A stretch of 51,939 nt of DNA, from NCBI GenBank assembly GCA_002499705.1, contig DAMU01000056.1:1-51939 (forward strand). The letters are read 5' to 3'. This document shows positions 17,603-26,118 of this stretch, in pieces. The stretch is from Euryarchaeota archaeon UBA91 (GTDB lineage: Archaea > Thermoplasmatota > Poseidoniia > Poseidoniales > Poseidoniaceae). The notes under the pieces are model-generated. The model searched no databases and was not told where the DNA came from. It saw only the letters and a program-made list of their open reading frames with translations. Position 1 is the stretch's first letter. The number at the start of each line of letters is the position of its first letter. The position numbers and the translations under genes are program-made.

Positions 17603-19261
17603 TCAGTTTTTGACAGGATCTCGCCCTTCAAGAGTTGCTTGACGCAGTCCGCTTGACCATCGAATAATCTTCGCATGACAAGTTACCAATTGCCCTTCCT
17701 TAAGCGACTCAACAAACTCATTCTCCTCTGATATCAGTCGAATTTCAGCAGAATAAGGCCCGCCGTCAATTTCTCCTTGGATTGTTGAGCCTCCGCGATA
17801 TTCGCCCGAGGCTAACAAAGTTCTACTGCGTTCTTTGAATTTCAAGACAACAGAACGCTCTTCGCAGCGGTCGATGATGTCTTGGGATTCGCTGGACAGA
17901 CGCGTCTTCTCAAGTTCATGAATCATCTGTTCAGTGTATTCATCAATGTCTGGAACGAATTCATCATCCTTGTCCTTCGTCTCATGGTTGAGAGTGAATC
18001 CAGAGAGTTGTGAATAGATGATACTCTTCTCTTCTGGTTCGCTGACTGCACCAGGTAGAGGGAAATCACGTTCATCTGAAAGGTGATATTTCTCTGCAAA
18101 ATTTGGGCTTGTTAGAACAGTTTTTCCACCTTCTGAAGTGAGGTTCCATAATCGTAGCCCATCTTTGTAATACGGGCAATCATCTGATAAATGAAGCACT
18201 GCACCCATTAATTTCAGTGACCAGCTGGTATTTGCTCGGTTTTTCCAAGTAAAATTGCCAGGGCTATTTTCAGTAATGTGGACATAGTGCCAATCGTTTT
18301 TTGGTTCGTAATCACTGACGTAAAATCCAGCTATTGTTCCGTTGAAAGGTGGATGGAACGGTTCAAGATTCGTTGGTTTGACGGAGAGAATTTGGTCTTG
18401 AGTCTCAACGCAGGTAGTCAGCATTCCATCACTGGTAAGTTCTCCCACCCACCAATTCCAGCCCTCGATATAGACGGTGAATCTTGAACTCGAGACCCAG
18501 TTTCCTTGTCCCATCACATTTCCACCTACGAGGAAAGTTCCATCCAGTTGAATCTCTTTTGTGTTTCCGTCACTGATCTTAATGACGCGATTTGGACCTG
18601 AATCTGTTCGCAGTAACAAGGTGGTGTTTTGTTGACTCTCTTTCTTATCGGATTCAATTTCTTTTTCTAAATCTTCAAATTCGTCAGCTGTAGGATTTCT
18701 ATCTACTTCAAATCCAATGGATTCTAAGAAGTCAAACCATTCAGTCACAGTGACTTGACCACTCTTGTCAGCATCAAGAAATTTTGTGACGTTGTCCATA
18801 ACCCATGCCGGTGGGTCGACGTTAGCGAGGGTACGAACCAGAGCCGTTGCTTCTTCTGTTGTAATCACGCCATCAGCATTACTATCGAGCATTTCAGTGA
18901 GTTGGGCAGCGGTAAAACCGCTGTTTTTCAGCCACTCGCCAAAACGTTCAGCCATTTGTGCAGCCATCGGGTCGTTTTGAATCACAGCGTCTGCACTGGA
19001 ACGAGCAGAATCAACCCGTTGTCGAATTTCACTCTTGGCTGCTTCAGCAGCTCGTGTGCCGATTTTGTCTTTGACAGAGACAGCCCAATTTTGAACGGAC
19101 TCTTGTTCTGACAGAATTTGGATAATCGTTTCTCGCGGAAGGTGGTCCGGAGGGGCATCTCCCGTGAATCGGACAGCAACTTCTGCTAATTCTTGGTTGT
19201 CTAAAACGGCAAGGTTGATTCCTTTCTCCATCATTTTTTCTTCAATTTTTTTGAACGCCAT
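17603..19261 (-). CDS. Cytoplasmic double EF-hand protein of unknown function
   Basis: Two canonical 12-residue EF-hand loops, DSNADGVITTEE and DADKSGQVTVTE (nt 18740-18886). No signal peptide or TM segment. A Trp-rich central region and a C-terminal region have no motif I recognise. The start is uncertain (ATG at 19261 or 19285); the ORF-track TTG at 19333 is unlikely. Confidence 0.5.
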   Translation of the reverse strand: MAFKKIEEKMMEKGINLAVLDNQELAEVAVRFTGDAPPDHLPRETIIQILSEQESVQNWAVSVKDKIGTRAAEAAKSEIRQRVDSARSSADAVIQNDPMAAQMAERFGEWLKNSGFTAAQLTEMLDSNADGVITTEEATALVRTLANVDPPAWVMDNVTKFLDADKSGQVTVTEWFDFLESIGFEVDRNPTADEFEDLEKEIESDKKESQQNTTLLLRTDSGPNRVIKISDGNTKEIQLDGTFLVGGNVMGQGNWVSSSRFTVYIEGWNWWVGELTSDGMLTTCVETQDQILSVKPTNLEPFHPPFNGTIAGFYVSDYEPKNDWHYVHITENSPGNFTWKNRANTSWSLKLMGAVLHLSDDCPYYKDGLRLWNLTSEGGKTVLTSPNFAEKYHLSDERDFPLPGAVSEPEEKSIIYSQLSGFTLNHETKDKDDEFVPDIDEYTEQMIHELEKTRLSSESQDIIDRCEERSVVLKFKERSRTLLASGEYRGGSTIQGEIDGGPYSAEIRLISEENEFVESLKEGQLVTCHAKIIRWSSGLRQATLEGRDPVKN

Positions 19262-19329
19262 ATCACGTACGCCGTTGCCTTGCATGTACACAGGACAACG
19301 ACACTCCTCATCAACTTGATGCCGACAAC

Positions 19330-20697
19330 TCAATCAGGAAATTGCAGTTGAGGCCAGTCGGAATGATTCTCTTCATTCCAATGAAGTGAGCACAGAACTG
19401 CTTCAACCTCCCCTTCATTCGCTAGATCACGTTCGATTTGTAATCGGTGAAGCCATGCTTTCAGTCGACCGAGTGCTCGACCTTTGCCAAGTCCAGTTCG
19501 CTGCATAATCCAATGGCCATCGACAAGTGATTGGTTTCCGCTCTTCAAAGGCGCCAATTCCTCTAATGCTTCAAGCAAGCCATAGACCTCATCGGCAGAT
19601 TCGTTACTCGAACCCATCGAAGGTGAAAGGTCGTGACTTCGTAATACGATTTCGAGTTTCAAGTGCTGTTCCGCATGCTGTTCAAGAACTGCTCTAAACA
19701 CCCTCATACTGGCTGCCGAAGAGTTTGGAAGCGTGCCGAACCGTCGGTGAAGGTCAAGAATGTGCGTGCGTTCTTTTTTGGACATTTTCAATTCTGCAAG
19801 AGACTTTTTTACCTCTATAGAAAAGCATTCAGAGAGGATAAGTGCAAGGCGAGTAAGGCCGTCAAAGTCATGGACATACGGGTGTGAAAGTGCAGCAACA
19901 CGGAGATGCTGTGAGCGCCATTCGCCAGGTAAGAAACAATCCAAAACACCGTCGTGTGCCATCTTTTCGACCACTGCTGCTACGTTTCTGCCGTTGAGTA
20001 TTTTGAGCCACTCCATCCAAATCCTTTCATGGGTTACGGCTTTGAGCATGTGTGCGTTTTGGCGCAGTGCCTCACTTAATTCAAAATCAAATTTCCACAC
20101 TCCTGCAGTTCCTCTGTCAAGGAAGCGGTAGGCGCGCAATATGCGCAAACCATCTTCGGATATTCTTCTGTAGGCTTGTCCGACTGCTCGAAGTATTCCT
20201 CTTTCGATGTCTTTCAATCCGTGATGGGGGTCATGCATCACTTTTCGAGCGATATCAATGGCCATTGCATTGATTGTGAAATCACGTCTTTCAAGATCTT
20301 CTGAAAGAGAAACGCCCCAATGGACTTGTTCAGGACGTCGACCGTCTTCGTAATCACTTTCAGTACGCAAAGTGGTCGCTTCGTAGAATTGTTCGCCTCC
20401 ACGGAGGCTAACGGTGCCATACTCGATTCCAGTAGGAAGTGAATCAGGAAAGATTTCCATCATCTGTTGAGGTTCAAGCGAGACAGCAAAGTCGATGTCA
20501 TGAACCTCAAGACCAAGGCACGCATCACGGACTGCTCCGCCGACAATCCAAATCCCGCCGCCGTGTTCTGCAATTTTGGAAGCGATGTCAAGAACGTGAG
20601 ATGGTAGGTTCTCAAGCCAATCAACTACCCGTGTTGGGCATTCAAGAGCAGGAACATCTGCCTGTAAAGCAGGATTTGGCCAACCGTCTCTCGTCAT
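19330..20697 (-). CDS. cca: Class II (bacterial/eukaryotic-type) tRNA nucleotidyltransferase / poly(A) polymerase family protein
   Basis: IWIVGGAVRDACLGLEVHDIDFAV, TLRTESDYEDGRRPEQV, DLERRDFTINAMA and EDGLRILRAYRF are the class II head-domain motifs. The C-terminal region of about 200 aa is uncharacterised. Confidence 0.75.
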   Translation of the reverse strand: MTRDGWPNPALQADVPALECPTRVVDWLENLPSHVLDIASKIAEHGGGIWIVGGAVRDACLGLEVHDIDFAVSLEPQQMMEIFPDSLPTGIEYGTVSLRGGEQFYEATTLRTESDYEDGRRPEQVHWGVSLSEDLERRDFTINAMAIDIARKVMHDPHHGLKDIERGILRAVGQAYRRISEDGLRILRAYRFLDRGTAGVWKFDFELSEALRQNAHMLKAVTHERIWMEWLKILNGRNVAAVVEKMAHDGVLDCFLPGEWRSQHLRVAALSHPYVHDFDGLTRLALILSECFSIEVKKSLAELKMSKKERTHILDLHRRFGTLPNSSAASMRVFRAVLEQHAEQHLKLEIVLRSHDLSPSMGSSNESADEVYGLLEALEELAPLKSGNQSLVDGHWIMQRTGLGKGRALGRLKAWLHRLQIERDLANEGEVEAVLCSLHWNEENHSDWPQLQFPD

Positions 20698-20728
20698 TCG
20701 AACCCTCCTTTACTTGGAATGGGGGCAC

Positions 20729-21205
20729 ATGGCAGACAAAGCATTATCGCAGAATGGCCGTTGGAAAGGCTCAATGTGGGATGAGGAAGAAGTGCATCTG
20801 GTGCCGTATGAATGGCTCAAACCGCATGAAGAAATCAAACCTCGTAATCGAGACAAACTCCTCGAGATGACCAAAAAATGGGGCGGCTATACCAAACCGC
20901 TCATTGTCGATAAGCGAACTGGAGCGATTTTAGACGGCCACCATCGGTATTCGATAGCAGGTGAATTGAATTTAGCCCGTATTCCTGCTATTTGTGTCGA
21001 TTATCTTGAAGATGATCGAATTAAAGTGGATGTATGGCCTGCTTCAGAACTCAAATCGATAACGAAGCAACAAGTGATTGACATGTGTCTTTCTGGCAAC
21101 GTCTATCCACCAAAGACAAGCCGTCATATGATTGCAGACCACCTGCCTCCAATTCATGTTCCGTTAGAGGTTCTGGCACAACATGAAGATACTCAATCGC
21201 CTTGA
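20729..21205 (+). CDS. ParB/sulfiredoxin-fold (ParB-like nuclease domain) protein
   Basis: LKPHEEI...PLIVDKRTGAILDGHHRYSIAGELNLARIPAICVDY contains the DGHHR core of the ParB/Srx fold. The ATG at 20729 is preferred over the TTG at 20714. Confidence 0.5.
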   Translation: MADKALSQNGRWKGSMWDEEEVHLVPYEWLKPHEEIKPRNRDKLLEMTKKWGGYTKPLIVDKRTGAILDGHHRYSIAGELNLARIPAICVDYLEDDRIKVDVWPASELKSITKQQVIDMCLSGNVYPPKTSRHMIADHLPPIHVPLEVLAQHEDTQSP

Positions 21206-23028
21206 CGAGTGGCGATGTAGGCTCGCCATCGAGCATTTCCTTTTCCTTCTAATTTGACACCATGTTGAGGAGCAGATACAAGTTTAACCGTGTGTTCATG
21301 CATCATGCCTTCATGCGAAATCATCAATTTTACATCGGTTCCAGCTTTTCCTTTGAGCGCGGTCTTCAGTGTATTCATTGACGAGGTTCGTACGCCGTCG
21401 ATGGCGACAATTTCGTCACTTGGCATGACGCAATGGCGTATTGGTGAACCTGTGAGGTGAGAAGTAACGGTGACCTTGCCACCTTTTGCTGAGAGGTTCA
21501 CTCCAAGCCATCCATGCTTTTCATCGCCTTCTTTGAGGGGATTTTCAGCGACCAGATTTAATCCGAAAAAGGCCATTGTTGCATCCATATCAGGTGCTTT
21601 TCTCTCATGCATCAATTCATCGAGCATCGAGCCCAATTGTCGACCTCCTTTCATCGAAGTGAGCGTCCTTCGAATGTCCTTGTAGGTTACACCTAAGCGT
21701 TCAACACCTTCGTATTCCAAGGCATGTTTGCGACATAATTCTGCGGCAAGGTCGCATACGCCAACTTCGCCTTTTGAGCGACGTCGCAATTCTGAATCGA
21801 GTTGCATAAGGGCTAATTCTCCTTCAAGATAGTATGAGATTTGAGTTTCTCTTGAGAACGCATGGCCGCGATACAAGTGAATCCAAGCATCGTGACTTGA
21901 TTCAGCAAGCGATTCAGTTTCCATTCCGTGTCGTGCAGTATGACGCTTCATTTTGCGCATGAAATCCTTGCGCCAGTCTTCCTCCGACCATGCTCCTGAA
22001 CGAACACACAACATGTCGCCCAACCACGAAGTTCCACCTTCAAACCACCATAGCAAGTCGGAGTGTCCTTCGCGCTGTAAGTCGTAATCGAGGAAGTTCC
22101 GAGGCCGTAATCGTTTCACGTTCCACTGGTGGAGGTATTCATGACTGTAGAGGCTTACGAGGTCTCGATACTCATCCTCATGGCCTGGAATCAAGCATTG
22201 GCGAGGTAGCATGGATGTCTGAGAATTAAGGTGCTCTAATCCACCTCTCATGTTCTCAGTAAGATGAATAACGGTGACGTAGTTATCCCACGCAGGAATT
22301 CCAAACAGCGCATGGTGTTCTTTGACCACTTTATCCATGTCTTCTTTGAATCGTTCAAGCATGCCTGGATCTACTTCGTGTCCACCGCTGTCCCACAGTT
22401 TGAGGTGGTGTGTTCGCCCATCAACAACCCATGAATCCATCGGGTTTGGATTACATTCGATGATGGCATCAAGGAATTCATCACGGTTTGGAGAAGTGAA
22501 ACAGTGTGTAGTGCCAGAGTTTGAAGTAAGTTCACCTTTGCCAGAACGATTTCCAGTAAACGTGTATTGTGTTGCAGGTGTCCACCCTTTTGGTGAATGC
22601 AATTCAACGATATGTTCCATGTTCATTCTGGATGAATCAATCCCCTCTGTCGGCATAAACCAGGTGAAAGGAGGCATCATGTGCAGATGTGTGGTATCCA
22701 AATGGTTGGCGCGAACAGAGAGGTTGACGGCAAGAAGTTGGTAGGTAAGCATGACACTGGTCGTATCTGGAGAGAGTTTGATACGCATTGCATCGACATC
22801 TTTTCGATTCGCTGCGAGCGTATTTCCTGCTTGATCAGTGGCAATAAAATCCGTCATGTGTTGAATTGGTTCTCGCAGGAAATAGGAGCCAGGAACCCAA
22901 CGAGGGAAGTGCATGGTGAGGTTTGAGGAAGAAAAAGGTCCTTTGATTTCAATGCCAACGGAAAGTCGGCGAGACTCTCCTTCTGTAGCGTCGATAAGAA
23001 AGCGGATGCCCGAGGATTGGCGGCTCAT
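21193..23028 (-). CDS. M61 family glycyl aminopeptidase with a C-terminal PDZ domain
   Basis: HEYLHQWNVKRLRP is the M61 zinc-site signature. The C-terminal PDZ-like segment is WLGVNL...GSPIRHCVMPSDEIVAIDGVR. The 3' end overlaps the convergent ParB-like gene by 13 nt. Confidence 0.8.
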   Translation of the reverse strand: MSRQSSGIRFLIDATEGESRRLSVGIEIKGPFSSSNLTMHFPRWVPGSYFLREPIQHMTDFIATDQAGNTLAANRKDVDAMRIKLSPDTTSVMLTYQLLAVNLSVRANHLDTTHLHMMPPFTWFMPTEGIDSSRMNMEHIVELHSPKGWTPATQYTFTGNRSGKGELTSNSGTTHCFTSPNRDEFLDAIIECNPNPMDSWVVDGRTHHLKLWDSGGHEVDPGMLERFKEDMDKVVKEHHALFGIPAWDNYVTVIHLTENMRGGLEHLNSQTSMLPRQCLIPGHEDEYRDLVSLYSHEYLHQWNVKRLRPRNFLDYDLQREGHSDLLWWFEGGTSWLGDMLCVRSGAWSEEDWRKDFMRKMKRHTARHGMETESLAESSHDAWIHLYRGHAFSRETQISYYLEGELALMQLDSELRRRSKGEVGVCDLAAELCRKHALEYEGVERLGVTYKDIRRTLTSMKGGRQLGSMLDELMHERKAPDMDATMAFFGLNLVAENPLKEGDEKHGWLGVNLSAKGGKVTVTSHLTGSPIRHCVMPSDEIVAIDGVRTSSMNTLKTALKGKAGTDVKLMISHEGMMHEHTVKLVSAPQHGVKLEGKGNARWRAYIATRQGD

Positions 23029-24026
23029 AGACCGAGTTCAGTGGAGGCGGTAGAAAGGTTCTCTGCTGAAATGCGGAGCAACTCTTCGCTGCATTCAGCA
23101 AGGAAACTGCGATTTGCCTCAGCGATTTCCTTCTCTCCACACCGTCCAATGAGGCGTTCGATAAATCGTGCTCGCTCAATCACATCAACCGAATCATTAC
23201 CGATAATCTTCCAGCGTAGTGCGTCGATTTCTTCGCTTTTCTTTCCTTGCATCCATCGGCCAACAACGACATAGAGTTCTTGTTTGAGGAGCAACTGAAC
23301 TGCATCATCTTCTAAAGAACCGCATTGTAAGCGTAATTCTTTGACCAATGCTTTCAATGTTTGACCATCGGCTTGCTCCGCAATCTCAATCAAAACTTGC
23401 CCAGCGTTGTGCACTGCTGAAGACAACAATGGTGAGGTATTAAGTCCCCTTTTGAGAATTTCTTTCATGCTCTCCTCTGAAAGCATCTCACCGTTATCGA
23501 CAACCGCTTGTAAAGCCGCTTCACATACACCATGATTCTCATCGTATAGAGCAGCGGCACGATGCCCGGAAGTCGCTCCTTTACTCAACACCGCCATTCG
23601 ACGTATTGCGCTGTCGGTATGGGTTTGGAATGTAACTGCGAATTCGGCAGCCTGATTGCCTTTGAGTAGTGCTTCAGCAGCTTTTCTGGCACATGTCAAG
23701 TCATCATCTTCGATCAAGAGGTGAGCGATTTCAGTCGTGTCTTGAGAAAAGTCGCCAAGTAAATTGGCGGCGCAGCGCCGCGCATCAAGCCATGGATGCG
23801 TTGCTAAAGTTCGTAAAGATTCAACACCTTGCTTTGGAGCCCACTTTCGATGCGCTTCAAGTGCTTTTGAGCGGAACCAAGCATCCTTATCGTTGAGCAG
23901 AGGAACAAATCCTTCCAAAGCTCGAGGCATATCGGTATCAAACAAGACACGAATTGCACGCCTTCGCTGTCGCACATCACGGTGCTTCAAGCGAGCGATT
24001 TCGCTGTCCAAACCACCTCGTGCCAT
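23025..24026 (-). CDS. HEAT-repeat protein
   Basis: Repeated helical units of the HEAT type (DVRQRRRAIRVL...LLNDKDAWFRSKALEA...DARRCAANLLG...DSAIRRMAV). Its stop overlaps the M61 start (ATGA). Confidence 0.55.
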   Translation of the reverse strand: MARGGLDSEIARLKHRDVRQRRRAIRVLFDTDMPRALEGFVPLLNDKDAWFRSKALEAHRKWAPKQGVESLRTLATHPWLDARRCAANLLGDFSQDTTEIAHLLIEDDDLTCARKAAEALLKGNQAAEFAVTFQTHTDSAIRRMAVLSKGATSGHRAAALYDENHGVCEAALQAVVDNGEMLSEESMKEILKRGLNTSPLLSSAVHNAGQVLIEIAEQADGQTLKALVKELRLQCGSLEDDAVQLLLKQELYVVVGRWMQGKKSEEIDALRWKIIGNDSVDVIERARFIERLIGRCGEKEIAEANRSFLAECSEELLRISAENLSTASTELGL

Positions 24027-24097
24027 GATGCACCGAGCAGACGGTGCCTCATAGGGATGTGCATTACCCTTCTTATGGAGAAGAGCTACTGCGAACG

Positions 24098-25084
24098 TTA
24101 ACTGTTGAACTCGTCAAAATACTGACCGTCATCTTCATCATCTTCATCCCAATCTTCAGCACCGGGTTGAGCAAGGTTCGGACGCAACATCAATTGCACC
24201 ATTGGCCAAAGGCGCAGGAAAGATGGAGCTGCCTCCCACATCAACTGAAACATGGGGTGTTCTCCCATAGAGATGCCCCCTTCACCAGGGGGCGGTAAGT
24301 CGGCAGGTAATTGTCGAAGTTCGGTGATCAAATCTTGTAAAGCAATCCGCTCATCTTCATCTGCCATGTCAAGTTCTTCACAGGTTTCAAGGGTTAGTTC
24401 GAGTAAATCTGCCAACTCATAGGGGTTCATCGGTCCGGTTTCAGAATCCCTCATATCGACCGGACCAAACGAGACTGGCCCTAAATCGGTAGAGAACATT
24501 TCATCGCCCTGACGCTCGACTTTCATCAAGCGCTGGCCCGCAGTGTTGCCAAGTGGAGCAAGAGCAAAACCACCGTCAACGATACGAGAGGAAAGCCAAT
24601 CAGGCAAATCACGGACCTGTCCAGTAATCAACACTCGGTTCAACTCACCGGGGAACGCCACAGGTGCAACTTCTACCGCTTCTAAGACTCGAGATTCTAC
24701 TGTTGGCCAGTGGGTAAGTCGTGATTGAACATGTTCGACTGCCAGTGGAGAAGGGTCAAGCAGACGGACTCGCCCTTTCTCGCCAACAATCATGGCAATC
24801 AATGCAGCGATGTAACCACCTTTGGCTCCAAGAACCACAACCTCTTGCCCTGAGCCGAGTTCAAGATGATGCAGTAAAGTTGCAATCATATGTGGTGCTG
24901 AGATGGTCTTGAGTCCTCCTTCATCGGTTTCGATAAATGGGATTGGTCGGTCGGCGAAAAACGGTTCTACATCGTAATCGGTAAAGTCGGAAACATCGAC
25001 CTTGAGCATGGCCTTTTTGACATGCTCTGGGACTTCTATGCCACCTTTTTCAAGGCGGCGTAGCAAGTCTGGCATGTCCGTCAT
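24098..25084 (-). CDS. pcm: Protein-L-isoaspartate O-methyltransferase-like protein with an acidic C-terminal extension
   Basis: TISAPHMIATLLHHLELGSGQEVVVLGAKGGYIAALIA...LDPSPLAVEHV...RVLITGQVRDLPDWL...GGFALAPLG follows the PCMT layout. The glycine-rich SAM motif is divergent (LGAKGGY). About 115 extra residues follow at the C-terminus. Confidence 0.65.
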   Translation of the reverse strand: MTDMPDLLRRLEKGGIEVPEHVKKAMLKVDVSDFTDYDVEPFFADRPIPFIETDEGGLKTISAPHMIATLLHHLELGSGQEVVVLGAKGGYIAALIAMIVGEKGRVRLLDPSPLAVEHVQSRLTHWPTVESRVLEAVEVAPVAFPGELNRVLITGQVRDLPDWLSSRIVDGGFALAPLGNTAGQRLMKVERQGDEMFSTDLGPVSFGPVDMRDSETGPMNPYELADLLELTLETCEELDMADEDERIALQDLITELRQLPADLPPPGEGGISMGEHPMFQLMWEAAPSFLRLWPMVQLMLRPNLAQPGAEDWDEDDEDDGQYFDEFNS

Positions 25085-25176
25085 GAAGTAAGCAAGAACG
25101 CCGACTCATGTAAAGGATGGGCCTGAATGAATTCATTCGACTTTTATTCAGCACCTGCGTGTGAGACAATGCAAGT

Positions 25177-26034
25177 TCACTCAAGTTCTTTGATACTTTG
25201 TTCCAGTGGGTTGCTGGATGGTTCGGTATCGTGGAGTTTTGTGGCTGAAGATTCAAGTTCAATGTTGTTTTGAATTTGAACCATCATTTCTCTAAAATCA
25301 TCATTGGATGAATAGCCAGAATCAAGAGCATCCTCTTCCATTGTCACCATGAGTTCTCGAACGATTTCAGGAGACTTTTGCACGTCGTTAAGAGATGAGA
25401 ACATATCATCCATTAATGTCGTTTCAATACGCGCTAATTGTTCTGATATCGTCGCACGAGCAAGACCTAATTCATCGGCTAAATCAGAAACTCGAATTCG
25501 CTTGGGAGTCTCATAAAAACCTCGTTCATGTGCATATTTAGCCAAATTTACTTGTTTCGAAGATAAAACCGTAATTTCGTCAACAGTAGCGTAATGAACA
25601 GGTCGAGCGCTTATTCTATCTGGTTTTGCGATCATTCGTGCCATGATTGAAATAAGCCGCAATTTCGTGCCTGGTCCTTGAACGGTATAGGTTAATCCTT
25701 CTGCGTTAAGGAAACATTTGCCTGAAACTGCACTTGTACCGTTTGTGCGAGCATTCAAATTGACGATTGCGTGATTGAGGCGTATGAGCAACAAGTAGGC
25801 TTGATCTGAACTTTCAGGTTCGTTGAGGACTTCTAACACTTCAAAAGAAGCCAGTTCTTTACAATCTTCAGGGCCTTTATCGGGCATGAACTTAACCTTG
25901 AACACGCAACGTACATCTTTGGGGATTCTTTTGACATAAGATATGAATTCAAATTGTTCAAAAATATCATACAAAGGGCCGACACCCATCCGCCTCACTT
26001 TTTCCCTTTTCCAAAAAAACTGGGCTTCTCGCAT
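25177..26034 (-). CDS. HTH_10 (bacterio-opsin-activator-type) transcriptional regulator
   Basis: LSSKQVNLAKYAHERGFYETPKRIRVSDLADELGLARATISEQLARIETTLM closely matches the HTH_10 consensus. The N-terminal domain is unassigned and the C-terminal tail is acidic. Confidence 0.7.
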   Translation of the reverse strand: MREAQFFWKREKVRRMGVGPLYDIFEQFEFISYVKRIPKDVRCVFKVKFMPDKGPEDCKELASFEVLEVLNEPESSDQAYLLLIRLNHAIVNLNARTNGTSAVSGKCFLNAEGLTYTVQGPGTKLRLISIMARMIAKPDRISARPVHYATVDEITVLSSKQVNLAKYAHERGFYETPKRIRVSDLADELGLARATISEQLARIETTLMDDMFSSLNDVQKSPEIVRELMVTMEEDALDSGYSSNDDFREMMVQIQNNIELESSATKLHDTEPSSNPLEQSIKELE

Positions 26035-26118
26035 GGGTTAAAATTTCCAAGACGGGTTTTAAACAATCTGCGGGATAGCCTATTCCTTTACGAGTGATTT
26101 TATCTCATCCTGTAGCGG

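Noticed and set aside
24088-24100. Isolated GTTAAC-containing sequences at gene ends (24088-24100, about 14116-14123)
   Set aside because: Single occurrences that overlap TAA stop codons are expected by chance at this window size. Only the cluster at 7208-7264 is statistically striking.
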